A stretch of 64,000 nt of DNA from assembly GCA_965208105.1 (NCBI GenBank), contig OZ242318.1:271189-335188 (forward strand). Reading direction: 5' to 3'. Under the pieces are notes generated by a model. It was not told the origin of the DNA. It did not search any database and saw only the letters and a program-made list of their open reading frames with translations. Positions 8,193 through 17,374 of the stretch are shown here, piece after piece. How positions within the stretch are numbered: the first letter of the stretch is position 1; each line of letters starts with the position of its first letter. The DNA is from Candidatus Latescibacterota bacterium. Its GTDB lineage: Bacteria; Latescibacterota; UBA2968; UBA8231. The position numbers and the translations under genes are program-made.

Positions 8193-9638
8193 TTATTTGT
8201 GACCTGCCAATCCGGCGTAAACCTTGCGTCCTTCCTGGAACAAGTGTAGGACTTCCTCCCGCTGGGTATCCCTGGTGAAGCGCCAGTTCCGGCGCACCGT
8301 ATCCATGGCGGCGTCGATGGAGCGCAGGAAGAATGCTGCGGACGCGGACGCCGTGCCTCCGGGAAGGCCGCTGCCGACATAGACCGGGCTGGTGTGGGCG
8401 TAGACCGGCTGGGCGAAGCTGTCCCGGGCTTCCCCGAAGGCGCGCGCCGCGACCCAGCCGTCGGATCCGATCTGCAGGTCGAAGGCCCATTCCCCCTCCC
8501 GCCTATTGTCGTCCAGCCGCTGGGTCTGCGCCACCCCTCCGTCGTGAATCAGCTCCACCCGGTTGAGGGGGTAGTGAGAGCGCCAGGTGATTATCCCCGG
8601 GACGGTGCGCGGGCGCCCACCGGGCGACGGCAATGATGCCCCGGGTGTTATCCCGTCGACCTCGAGAAACAGCGCCGGACCGTTGGTGATGAAGGTCCGT
8701 CCCGCCTGCAGGCCGCGCAGCCAGTTCTCGTAGGAAAATTCCCCATCGGTCTGCACGTAGACCCTGTTGTTGGCGCAGACGAACCAGTCCGTCCCGGTGG
8801 AGGCGGGCAGCCGGATGCCGCAGTTGAGCAGGTGGTACCATATTTCGTATTCGAGGTCTTTCCAGCAGGGGTCGAAGAGGTTGAAGGCGTCCAGCTTCCC
8901 CAGCGCCGCGGCCACGGGCGCTTCCATGCCCCAGCCGTTGTGGCACCACAGCACCAGGCCGCCCTGGCCCCTGGCATCGTCGCAGGCGTAGCAGATGGGG
9001 GGATAGTCGGAGTCGAAGTCGCTGACCAGCTCGCCGCGGCTGACCGGCTCCACCAGGTTGTTAATGCGCAGGAACATGACGTGCCCCGAGCCGCCGCCGT
9101 GCCGGGAGTTGTGGCGGTTTTCCTCGCCGCAGTCGACCTGGTGGTGGGCGGTGGAGAAGTCGGTCATGAACCCGGGGGGGTACTTGTTGCTGGCATAGGG
9201 CAGGTCGCGCCGCTGCAGGATGCTGATGACGGTCACGCTGAGGTCGTGGACCCTGGGGTCGAGGTGAAGGCGGTCGTCGGGGCGTGCCTCCTGCTCGTTG
9301 TAGTGCAGGTGGGTATTGCCCGGGTACCAGCCCTCCGAGGGCAGGTCGGCCCAGCGTTCGAGATGCAGGTCGACCTCGACCGTCCCTTTGGCGGGCATGG
9401 AGACGACCTTGCGCAGGGGCTCGTACTCGGTTCCGCGCTCCACCACGATGTCGGTCGAACCTCGGGGCACGTCCACGCTGAACTGCCCCGGAGAGTAGAA
9501 GAACGGGTCGCCCGGGCCGATCTTGAGAATGCTGTCGGCGGGGTGGACGAAGCGGCCGCCGCTGGTCAGGACGTGGACCTTGGCCTCGATCAGGGCGCCT
9601 GAAACCCCGTCTCGAATACTCCCTTTGAAAATACCCAT
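8193..9638 (-). CDS. Putative metallohydrolase (CehA/McbA / PHP-like) with N-terminal carboxypeptidase-regulatory-like domain
   Basis: 481-aa ORF. N-terminus GSIRDGVSGALIEAKVHVLTSGG resembles a CarboxypepD_reg beta-sandwich. GWYPGNTHLHYNE and CHNGWG are His-rich metal motifs. The family call is tentative. Confidence 0.45.
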   Translation of the reverse strand: MGIFKGSIRDGVSGALIEAKVHVLTSGGRFVHPADSILKIGPGDPFFYSPGQFSVDVPRGSTDIVVERGTEYEPLRKVVSMPAKGTVEVDLHLERWADLPSEGWYPGNTHLHYNEQEARPDDRLHLDPRVHDLSVTVISILQRRDLPYASNKYPPGFMTDFSTAHHQVDCGEENRHNSRHGGGSGHVMFLRINNLVEPVSRGELVSDFDSDYPPICYACDDARGQGGLVLWCHNGWGMEAPVAAALGKLDAFNLFDPCWKDLEYEIWYHLLNCGIRLPASTGTDWFVCANNRVYVQTDGEFSYENWLRGLQAGRTFITNGPALFLEVDGITPGASLPSPGGRPRTVPGIITWRSHYPLNRVELIHDGGVAQTQRLDDNRREGEWAFDLQIGSDGWVAARAFGEARDSFAQPVYAHTSPVYVGSGLPGGTASASAAFFLRSIDAAMDTVRRNWRFTRDTQREEVLHLFQEGRKVYAGLAGHK

Positions 9639-9897
9639 GGAATATTCCCTTCGAGTTTCTGTTCAGGGAGGGAGTGAAAATCCCTCCTCCGGGGGGAAGC
9701 GAAAGCGGCGATGCGCAGTCGAACCCGGCAGGGTTCAAGAAAAAAGGCACCGTCAGCGAATCATTGTCAAGGAGGAGAGCGCAGGAGCATGGGCCCTGCC
9801 GCGCTGGAACGTCCGCCGCCCCGGAGAGTCCTGAAGGTAAGGCCATCGTGGACGGGAACTGGTCATTCCCTACCTTCAGCCCGCAGGAGGACCGACC

Positions 9898-11370
9898 GTG
9901 CTCACCCCAGATTCGACCCCCGATGGAAAGACGGCCTCGATTCCGCTGCCGATCATCCTCGTCGCCGCGGCCATCTGCAGTCTGTCCGGGGCAGCCAACG
10001 GCCACCTGCACCCGCCGGTCTTCGCCCCCGCCGAAAATCCCGACAGCCTCAACGTGGAACGCGTCGGCGAGGTGGTCCTGCTCAGCCTTCCCGAGGCCGG
10101 CGACCCGCCCTACGGCACCGACTTTTACCTTGCAGGCGATCACGCCTTCATGGGGGACTTTCGCGGCATCGTCCACATCGTCGATATCTCCGACCCGGCC
10201 GCCATGCGCAAGGTAGGCGAGGTGCGCACCCCGGGTTCGGCGGTGGACATCAAGGTGGAAGGGGACCTGGCGGCCATCGGGGTGCAGAGTTTCACCGGCG
10301 AATTCGGGCTGCTGCTCCTCGACATCTCCGATCCGGCGAGTCCAGTCGAGCTCTCCCGGCTGGAGGAGAAAGGCTGGGGAGGGGTCCACAATCTCTTCAT
10401 CCAGGGCGAGCGCGTCTACCTGGCCCACTCCTATACTCCGGGCCTGACCATCGTGGACATATCCGAACCGGCCGAGCCCAGGGTCTCGGGCGTCTGGGGC
10501 AAGGAGGGCGATTGGAGCAACATAATCCACGATGTCTTCGTGCGCGGCCGTCTCGCCGTCCTCAGCGATATCGAGTCCGGCCTCGTCCTTCTCGACCTCG
10601 CCGACCCGGACGCGCCCGAACTGCTCGCCGAGCTGCCCTTCGCCGAGGGTCTCCACAGCGCCTGGGCCGAAGGGGACTACGTCTACTGCAACCAGGAATT
10701 CGGCGGCTGGGAGCGGCGCCTTCACGTGGTCGATATCTCCGACCTCCGGCGGCCCCGGCTGGTCCGTTCATTCGGCATCAGCCCGCCGCCGCAGGGGGAC
10801 ATCCTCGGACCGCACAACCCCTGGGTCCGCGACGGTCTGCTCTACTGGGCCTACTACGACGCCGGCCTGCGCGTCTTCGACCTGACGGACCCGGCGCGGC
10901 CGGTGGAGGCGGCCTACCACACCTATCCGGGGTCGGCCTGGAGCGCCCAGCCCCACGACGACGGGCTGGTCTACGTCGCCGACGGCACCGCGGGCATCCA
11001 GGCCTACAGGCTGGACCGGAAGGGCATCGCCGACCGCGCCGCGCTTGGGCGCGACACCTCGGTGGACGAAGCCAGGGCGGACCCCCGGCCAGCGGCTTTC
11101 AGGCTGGGTCAGAATTTCCCCAATCCCTTCAACCAGTCCACCTCTATCAGGGTCGAGCTTGAGACCGCCGCCCATGTGGAGCTGTCCGTTTTCAACCTGG
11201 CGGGGCGAAGGGTCGCCACCCTCGCCGGGGGGCCGCAGCTGCCGGGCAGCCATACCTTCACCTGGGACGGCCGCGACGACCTCGGGGCCGAGCTGGCCTC
11301 GGGGGCATACTTCTACCGGCTCAGGGCCGACGGGGAAGAGCGGACGCGCAAAATGGTCCTCCTGCGCTAA
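9898..11370 (+). CDS. Secreted LVIVD-repeat beta-propeller protein with T9SS-type/FlgD-Ig-like C-terminal sorting domain
   Basis: GTG 9898 with GGAGG 7 nt upstream, followed by a signal peptide. Repeats VHIVDISDPAAM, LLLLDISDPASPVEL, LTIVDISEPAEPRV, LVLLDLADPDAPEL, LHVVDISDLRRPRLV and LRVFDLTDPARPVE. C-terminus is LGQNFPNPFNQSTSIRVEL...GAYFYRLRADGEERTRKMVLLR. Confidence 0.8.
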   Translation: MLTPDSTPDGKTASIPLPIILVAAAICSLSGAANGHLHPPVFAPAENPDSLNVERVGEVVLLSLPEAGDPPYGTDFYLAGDHAFMGDFRGIVHIVDISDPAAMRKVGEVRTPGSAVDIKVEGDLAAIGVQSFTGEFGLLLLDISDPASPVELSRLEEKGWGGVHNLFIQGERVYLAHSYTPGLTIVDISEPAEPRVSGVWGKEGDWSNIIHDVFVRGRLAVLSDIESGLVLLDLADPDAPELLAELPFAEGLHSAWAEGDYVYCNQEFGGWERRLHVVDISDLRRPRLVRSFGISPPPQGDILGPHNPWVRDGLLYWAYYDAGLRVFDLTDPARPVEAAYHTYPGSAWSAQPHDDGLVYVADGTAGIQAYRLDRKGIADRAALGRDTSVDEARADPRPAAFRLGQNFPNPFNQSTSIRVELETAAHVELSVFNLAGRRVATLAGGPQLPGSHTFTWDGRDDLGAELASGAYFYRLRADGEERTRKMVLLR

Positions 11371-11515
11371 CAGCCCGTTGAAAAGTTGCTCTGCAGGCGA
11401 GGCCCCCGTACTCATGGACGGGACCATGTGCTGGACTTCCGCCTATGGGAGACTCGTCAGGGGGACCGCGGGGCTCGAAGGCGAGGTTGCCGAACCCGGC
11501 TGGCAAGGGGAGGAC

Positions 11516-12535
11516 CTATGCGAGATCGTCGAGCAGGACCAGCTTCCCGCCGGCTTCGGCGGAGGCGTTGGCCCCCAGAACGGCTGCCAGGCTGTTGAGG
11601 GAAGCCGGGTAGGGGCTGCGCGGCAGGGAGGCATCTCCGCTCCGCACCGCGTCGATGAAGGCCCGGGCCTGGGCATGGAAGGCATCCTCGGGCGGGGGAT
11701 CTTCGGGGGCTTCCCACACCACCTCGCCGTTCTCCCTGATCTGCCGCGGGCTCCAGTCGACGATGGAGTCGTCGCAGACCACGACGGTCCGGCGCAGGGA
11801 GCAGGGGACGTTGTTCATCACCCGGGCGACGCTGGCGTTGGCGGTCAGGCGCCTCCTGAAGCGGTAGTTGACGTTGTAGACCAGGGGCAGGTTCATGGGC
11901 TCGATGCGCTCGGCGGGCAGGGACTGGAGGTAGAAGGCCGAGACCGCCTCGATGTCGCCGAAAAAGTAGCGCAGCAGATCCACACCGTGGATGGTGTTCT
12001 CCACGAACGAGCCGCCGCAAAGCTCGTAGCGGCTGGTCCAGTAGCGCTGCGGCTTGCCGCTGTAGTATCTCTGGATCTGGGCGTGGCGCGGGGTGCGATG
12101 GCGCAGCAGGTCGCGGGCCGGGGCGGAAGCGGGCTCGTAGCGATGGACGAAGCCCACCTGGGACACGATGCCGGCTTCTGCCACCGCCGCGCCGAAGCGG
12201 GCGGCCTGGGCAAGGTCGAGGCTTTGTGGCTTCTCGACGAAGAGAGCGATGCCCTTGCCGGCGGCGATGAGCACCTCGTCGCTGTGCTCGGTGGGCGGGA
12301 TGGAGAGGTAAACCGCATCCAGCTCCTGCTCGTCGAACATCAGGTGGTGGTCGGTGTAGGTGGAGCGGGGCTTGTAAGCGGCGGCCTGCTGTCGGAGGGT
12401 CTCCTCGCTGCGGTCGCAGAAGGCCTGGAAGACCACCCTGCCTTCCTCGGCGAGGGCGGCCAGCGCAGGCAGGTGGGCCGACTTGGTGATCAAGCCGAGG
12501 CCGATACAGCCGACGCGGACGGGCTTCATCTGCAA
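11516..12535 (-). CDS. Gfo/Idh/MocA family oxidoreductase
   Basis: 339 aa. N-terminal Rossmann motif VRVGCIGLGLITKSAHLPAL and an EKP motif (LFVEKPQSL). Confidence 0.8.
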   Translation of the reverse strand: MQMKPVRVGCIGLGLITKSAHLPALAALAEEGRVVFQAFCDRSEETLRQQAAAYKPRSTYTDHHLMFDEQELDAVYLSIPPTEHSDEVLIAAGKGIALFVEKPQSLDLAQAARFGAAVAEAGIVSQVGFVHRYEPASAPARDLLRHRTPRHAQIQRYYSGKPQRYWTSRYELCGGSFVENTIHGVDLLRYFFGDIEAVSAFYLQSLPAERIEPMNLPLVYNVNYRFRRRLTANASVARVMNNVPCSLRRTVVVCDDSIVDWSPRQIRENGEVVWEAPEDPPPEDAFHAQARAFIDAVRSGDASLPRSPYPASLNSLAAVLGANASAEAGGKLVLLDDLA

Positions 12536-12575
12536 TTCCTTCCAGGGAAAAAATGAACGGCCTTGTCGGCCCTTC

Positions 12576-13604
12576 TCACTCCAGGTCCAGGACCACCTCG
12601 CGCCCCGTGCGCGCCGATTCCTCGGTCGCTTCCAGAACCTTGAGCACCTTCAAGCCGTGGTCCTGGGGCACTGGGGTGTCCTCGTCGCCGCGCTCGATGG
12701 ACTGGACGAAGGCGGTGAACTGGTCGAGCAGGCTGTTGCGCGCCGGCACCTCCCGGCGGCGCCAGGTGCCCTCGCCGGTGTCGGCGATGAACAGGGCCGG
12801 AGGTTCGCCGCCGCCGAGGGGAAGGCGAAAGCGCGCCATCCCCCTGCCAAAGAACCAGTCGCCGCCGTACTCGGTGGCTCCGCGCTCCCAGGCGATGCGG
12901 CTCACGGCGGCAACCACGCCGCTCTTCCAGCGGATGAAGTACATGCCGGTGTCGTCGCAGTTTATTACGGGATGCTCGGACCTGGGGTAGGTGAACTGTC
13001 CCTGCTGCGCCGACACGGTGGCCACGTCGCAGCCGATGATCCACAGCAGGCGGTCGATCTGGTGGGTGCCGTCCATCTGGCCCATGCCGCCGCCTCTTTC
13101 GCGGTCCAGCATCCACGGGGGTCGGCCGTAGGGTCCGTAGGACTTGTGCCAGACGTCGTAGGCCATGATCACCGGCCCCAGCTCGCCGCGGTCCACGACC
13201 TCCTTCATCGCCTTCACCGCGGGGTAGTAGCGCTGGGTGTGGGCGGTCATGAGCTTCACCCCGTTGCGGCGCGCCGCCGCCAGCATCTCCTCCGCCTGCC
13301 AGGCCCAGACCGCGATGGGCTTCTCCATGTAGATGTGCTTGCCCGCCGCCGCCGCGTCGAGGGCCGCCTGGTAGTGGAGCCAGTGGGGCAGGGCACCGAT
13401 CACCACGTGGACGTCATCGCGCCCGAGGGTGTGGCGATAGTCGGCGACCAAGTCCACGTCGGGATGGCGCTCCCGCCAGGTGGCGGCGGCCTCCTCGTTG
13501 GGCTCGGCCACCACCTTGATCTCGGCGCCTGGGGTTTTTCTGACCACCTCGATGTAGCTGCCGCCGATGCGGCCGGTGCCGAGCACCGCGACTCCGTATG
13601 GCAC
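12576..13604 (-). CDS. Gfo/Idh/MocA family oxidoreductase
   Basis: 342 aa. VAVLGTGRIGGSYIEVV Rossmann motif and IYMEKPIAV. Confidence 0.8.
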   Translation of the reverse strand: MPYGVAVLGTGRIGGSYIEVVRKTPGAEIKVVAEPNEEAAATWRERHPDVDLVADYRHTLGRDDVHVVIGALPHWLHYQAALDAAAAGKHIYMEKPIAVWAWQAEEMLAAARRNGVKLMTAHTQRYYPAVKAMKEVVDRGELGPVIMAYDVWHKSYGPYGRPPWMLDRERGGGMGQMDGTHQIDRLLWIIGCDVATVSAQQGQFTYPRSEHPVINCDDTGMYFIRWKSGVVAAVSRIAWERGATEYGGDWFFGRGMARFRLPLGGGEPPALFIADTGEGTWRRREVPARNSLLDQFTAFVQSIERGDEDTPVPQDHGLKVLKVLEATEESARTGREVVLDLE

Positions 13605-13795
13605 GGGGGAACCTGCTTTCTATCCCGTAGGCGAACCCGTAGGATAGGTTGCCATGCGGTCTGTTGTCAAGGAAGGTACGGGCCCCAGCGCAACTTCGTC
13701 TCCCGCAGCGAGCTTCGCCTGCAATTGACCAGCCATACAGGGGAGCATTTCCTTGAAAGGTGGAGTTGCGAGGGGAAACGGAAGAGAGAACCTCT

Positions 13796-14228
13796 ATGGC
13801 GAAAACACGACGAAAACGGAAAAAATCCGCAGCAAAGAAGGAACCGAGAGGCGGCGACGGGGCCGCTGACTACCGCTCGGAGCTGTGGCGCATGGCCGAT
13901 GCTCTGCGCGGCAGCATGGACGCGGCAATCGAGGGGCGCATCGAGCGCGGCGGCGAAAACTCCGGCTAGTATGCCGACGTTCCCGGATTCTGCAAGAGTG
14001 CGACTCTGGAAGAGATCCGCAAGCACGGCCACGTCCTCACCCCCGGGCGCTACGTCGGCGCGGAACCTCAGGAGGACGACGGTGAACCCTTCGCGGAGAA
14101 GATGGCCCGCCTCTCCAAGCAGTGGCGCGAGCAGCAGGCCGAGGCGAAAAGACTGGACGCGGCAATCGAGGCGAATCTGGAGAAGTTGGAGTTTCTTCCA
14201 GGCCGGCCGTCATGCAAAGACGTTTGAC
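13796..14228 (+). pseudogene. hsdM: Internally deleted type I R-M methyltransferase (hsdM) remnant
   Basis: ATG 13796 gives ...YRSELWRMADALRGSMDAA (the canonical HsdM N-terminus), then a stop at 13967. From about 13970 another frame reads [75 protein letters not shown] (the canonical HsdM C-terminus, stop 14226-14228). The whole catalytic domain is absent. Confidence 0.7.
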
Positions 14229-14260
14229 GTCAATCGTCATTATTTCTACATTTTCCACCC

Positions 14261-14542
14261 ATGATACTCAGCTATGGGGACAGGCGAACCGAGCGCTTTG
14301 CCTCAGGAGAGTTCGTAGCCGCGTTTCAAGGATTCGAGCGGTAGGCTGCCAAGCGGCTGGCAATCCTGAACGCAGCACCTACGCTGGATACCTTGAGAGC
14401 ACTACCAGGCAATCGCCTGGAAGCCCTCAGGGGCAAGAGGGCGGGGCAGTACTCCATCCGCATCAACCGGCAGTGGCGCATCTGCTTTGCCTGGCCCGAC
14501 GGTCCGGGGCCAACTGGTGTCGAGATCGTAGACTACCATTAA
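14261..14542 (+). pseudogene. higB: HigB-like (RelE/ParE superfamily) toxin interrupted by an in-frame TAG at codon 28
   Basis: MILSYGDRRTERFASGEFVAAFQGFER*AAKRLAILNAAPTLDTLRALPGNRLEALRGKRAGQYSIRINRQWRICFAWPDGPGPTGVEIVDYH. TAG is at 14342-14344. The remainder is colinear with the HigB 'killer protein' consensus (..RLE.LkG.r.GqySiRin.qwRicF....veivDYH). Confidence 0.7.
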
Positions 14543-14562
14543 CCAAGAGGAGGGACGCTGGC

Positions 14563-14853
14563 ATGTTCAAACGGGTCGTTCATCCCGGTGAGGTTCTGAG
14601 AGACGAGTTGACCGAGTTCGGCATAACCCCGACAGCGTTCGCCCGCCAGATTGACGTACCGCCCAATCGTATCAGCCAGATCATCGCAGGCAAGCGCTCC
14701 GTGACCGGGGATACCGCGTTGCGGTTCGGGCACTGGTTCGGCGTCGAGCCGCAATTCTGGATGAACCTACAGACGCAGTTCGATCTCGCCACAGCCGAGC
14801 AGCGGTCCGGCGCCGCCGTGCGAGAACTTCCCACATCCGCCGCGGGCGGGTAG
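14563..14853 (+). CDS. higA: HigA-family antitoxin (XRE-type HTH)
   Basis: ATG 14563 with GAGGAGGGA upstream. MFKRVVHPGEVLRDELTEFGITPTAFARQIDVPPNRISQIIAGKRSVTGDTALRFGHWFGVEPQFWMNLQTQFDL is the canonical HigA sequence. Confidence 0.85.
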   Translation: MFKRVVHPGEVLRDELTEFGITPTAFARQIDVPPNRISQIIAGKRSVTGDTALRFGHWFGVEPQFWMNLQTQFDLATAEQRSGAAVRELPTSAAGG

Positions 14854-14926
14854 CGCGTGGTCGCAAGGACTGATCTGAAGCTGGGGTCCGGAGATCGCAT
14901 GGCCAGGATGGCGGCCCTGCGCCGGG

Positions 14927-15044
14927 AAGATGCAGCAGCTTGCAGCGCAGTTACGGCAGCAGCAGGCCGATGCGAAAACTGGATGAGGCGATTGCAGAGA
15001 ATCTTTTTGCACTCACAGAGCAGGAATACCGAGAATTGGAATAG
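14927..15044 (+). pseudogene. Second, frameshifted hsdM C-terminal remnant
   Basis: KMQQLAAQLRQQQADAK, then a frame change to (K)LDEAIAENLFALTEQEYRELE* (TAG 15042-15044). Same region of HsdM as the remnant at 14090-14228 but divergent in sequence. Confidence 0.45.
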
Positions 15045-15165
15045 CCGAGGATGACAAACCATTCACCCAGTTGGCGATTGATGACCGCAGCCTCAGCAAA
15101 TACGAGAACCCACCGCTCCGGGCTCTCGACTCTACGCCTAACCTGGCAATCACCCATACCTATCC

Positions 15166-15495
15166 TTGCCTGAATTCATCACTTTCAAACGTTGGGCGCT
15201 TAGAGAAGGGCGACAAGAGTCGGAACTGGTCAACCTCGTCCATGAAGAGATCATTCCCCACTTCCAGAAACTGCCCGGCTGCCTCAAGCTTGGACTGCTG
15301 CATATTGCGGGTACTCGGGCTTACCTTGCTCTCCAACATTGGAAAGACCACAACACTTGGCATACAACTATCGAGTCCGACTATTACGAATCTTGGTTTG
15401 AAGCGTATAAGCCAACGCTTGAACGCTGGGATGAGCTCATGATCTTCGAAGAAGAATGGCAAAGTGAAAATTTATTGGACACAGGGAGCGGCTAG
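15166..15495 (+). CDS. Small ABM/dimeric alpha-beta-barrel-like protein (hypothetical)
   Basis: 109-aa ORF (TTG start, no clear RBS) in the AT-richer islet. FITFKRWALREGRQESELVNLVHEEIIPHFQKLPGCLKLGLLHIAGTRAYLALQHWKDHNTW fits the ABM-domain beta-alpha-beta pattern. It may be 5'-truncated. Confidence 0.45.
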   Translation: MPEFITFKRWALREGRQESELVNLVHEEIIPHFQKLPGCLKLGLLHIAGTRAYLALQHWKDHNTWHTTIESDYYESWFEAYKPTLERWDELMIFEEEWQSENLLDTGSG

Positions 15496-15510
15496 CAATA
15501 CGATATAGCT

Positions 15511-16278
15511 TTGCGGAGCTGTGGCCCCTTCGGCTGCGGCAATCTGCTTTCCAGGTTCGGCAACCGGAATAACATTAAAGGATTTGATGGGCCGGAAATC
15601 CCTCTTGCGTTCACAGATAAGAAGGGGACCGTATTGAATAGGGATGCCGAGGTCAAGCGGGTGCGATGGGTAATCGAGCGATTGGTTCATGACGGATCTA
15701 TCGTTGCGGCCTCTGACGGCACCCAGCATAATATTTTTCCTGTTGCGGTGAGTTCCAAGGAGTGCGAGTCACTCCGGGACTGGGTATCTCGAGAAAACGC
15801 GACACGAACCATCGAGGTCGGCCTGGGGTACGGAATGTCTGCACTACACATTTGTGAAGGCCTGCTTCTGAACGGCGACACGGCCGCCAGGCATGTTGTG
15901 CTCGATCCCAGTCAGTCGGGGCGATTTGGCGACTGCGGGTTGCAGGTTCTCGAGAAGGCGGGTGTTAGACACCTCGTGGAACACCACGCCGAGGAGTCCC
16001 AGATTGTGCTTCCACGGTTTTTGGAGGAAGGTCGGAGCTTCGATCTCGGGTTTGTCGACGGCAACCACCGCTTCGATAGAGTCTTCCTGGATCTGTACTA
16101 CCTTGGGCATCTCGTACGCAAGAGTGGAATAATCATCCTGGACGACTACATCTGGCCCGGAATTAAACGGGCTGTGTCATTCTTCCTGACCAATTTGAAC
16201 TGGAAGATCGAGGAAACGAACGAGGAGGGTCACCAGGCGGTTCTACGAACCGCTGAAGAGGACGACGATCGAGAATGA
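15511..16278 (+). CDS. Class I SAM-dependent methyltransferase (Methyltransf_24 / O-MT family-3-like)
   Basis: 255-aa ORF. TIEVGLGYGMSALHI (motif I), VVLDP, FDLGFVDGNHRFD and IIILDDY. The start is uncertain: TTG 15511, or TTG 15634 preceded by AAGAAGGGG. Confidence 0.7.
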   Translation: MRSCGPFGCGNLLSRFGNRNNIKGFDGPEIPLAFTDKKGTVLNRDAEVKRVRWVIERLVHDGSIVAASDGTQHNIFPVAVSSKECESLRDWVSRENATRTIEVGLGYGMSALHICEGLLLNGDTAARHVVLDPSQSGRFGDCGLQVLEKAGVRHLVEHHAEESQIVLPRFLEEGRSFDLGFVDGNHRFDRVFLDLYYLGHLVRKSGIIILDDYIWPGIKRAVSFFLTNLNWKIEETNEEGHQAVLRTAEEDDDRE

Positions 16279-16459
16279 AAATACTTCGTTGAATTTTAAC
16301 AGGTGAGCCAGTCAGCGCAGTGTCACGTCATATAACAGCCCGGTATTGCGCTGGGCAGCATGCGCCGCTTGGCCCTATCGGGCTACCCTCCTTTTCGCTC
16401 TGGGTTCGCAAACCCTTAAACGTATTGCGCAAATTCTACTTCGATGAGGCAGAGGCAGC

Positions 16460-17374
16460 ATGAAGCTCACGGTCGCAACATGTCAATTCCCGGTTTCGAG
16501 CGACATCCGGAGCAACGCTAAGCATATCAGAAGACAGGTACGCGAAGCAAAAGACAAGGGTGCACACGTCGTTCAGTTTCCCGAGACATGTCTTTCAGGC
16601 TATGTAGGCGTTCACTTTTCGTCATACGACGATTTTGATTGGACGACTCTTTCCGAATGCACCGAGATGTTGCTGGAGGAGTATCGCGAGCAACAGATAT
16701 GGGGCATACTGGGCTCTACCCACCGTTTGACCGGACGGCACAAGCCTCACAATTCACTCTACATAATCAACGATCAAGGCAAGCTGGTCGATCGATACGA
16801 CAAGATGTTCTGCGCGGGAAAGACAAGTCAAAGCGGGGAACTGGCACACTTCAGCCCGGGAGATCACTTCACCACGTTCACGATAAAGGGGGTCAAGTGT
16901 GGCACACTCATTTGTCACGAATACCGCTACCCAGAGCTCTACAGGGAGTATAAACGACGGAAAGTCGACCTGGTCTTCCACTCTTATCACGCCGGTAACG
17001 TGACCCCTGAAAGGGGCCGGGTGTACAGGAAGCAGATCGGTGAGGAGTTTCTAAAGTTCAATGTGGGGGAGTCCCATGCTGCAATCACCATGCCCTCCAC
17101 TATGATTGCCGCCGCCGCACAGAACCATGTTTGGATCAGCTGCAGCAATACGTCGGCCCGGGAGAGTTGTTTTGCGAGCTTCATTATTCGGCCGGACGCA
17201 GCCATTGTTGGTCGGTTGCGTCGCAATCTGGCGGGCGTTCTGATTACGGAGGTTGATACTGGCAAGTCGTATTATGACTCAACCAAGGCGTGGCGAAAGC
17301 GTGCGATGAACGGCCTTTTTCACAGCGGGACTCTCGTGACAGACCCACGATCGAGGGATCGCAAAGGAATTTGA
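16460..17374 (+). CDS. Carbon-nitrogen hydrolase (nitrilase superfamily) protein
   Basis: 304 aa. The Glu-Lys-Cys triad contexts are readable: VVQFPETCLSGY, RYDKMFC, GTLICHEYRYPE. Confidence 0.8.
   Translation: MKLTVATCQFPVSSDIRSNAKHIRRQVREAKDKGAHVVQFPETCLSGYVGVHFSSYDDFDWTTLSECTEMLLEEYREQQIWGILGSTHRLTGRHKPHNSLYIINDQGKLVDRYDKMFCAGKTSQSGELAHFSPGDHFTTFTIKGVKCGTLICHEYRYPELYREYKRRKVDLVFHSYHAGNVTPERGRVYRKQIGEEFLKFNVGESHAAITMPSTMIAAAAQNHVWISCSNTSARESCFASFIIRPDAAIVGRLRRNLAGVLITEVDTGKSYYDSTKAWRKRAMNGLFHSGTLVTDPRSRDRKGI

Noticed and set aside
15134-15197. Possible integron attC site (GCCTAAC ... GTTGGGC, 64 bp), considered because TA cassettes and small promoterless genes lie nearby
   Set aside because: The sequence between the two core-like heptamers has no L''/L' complementarity, so no attC-type hairpin can form. 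The second heptamer lies inside the ABM-like ORF. No intI gene is present, and no comparable sites follow the other genes (16279-16459 and 17375-17564 were checked by eye).
15071-15442. 123-aa + strand ORF overlapping the ABM-like ORF in another frame
   Set aside because: The translation is Ser/Leu/Thr-rich with no motif. The alternative frame (15166-15495) gives an ABM-like beta-alpha-beta pattern.
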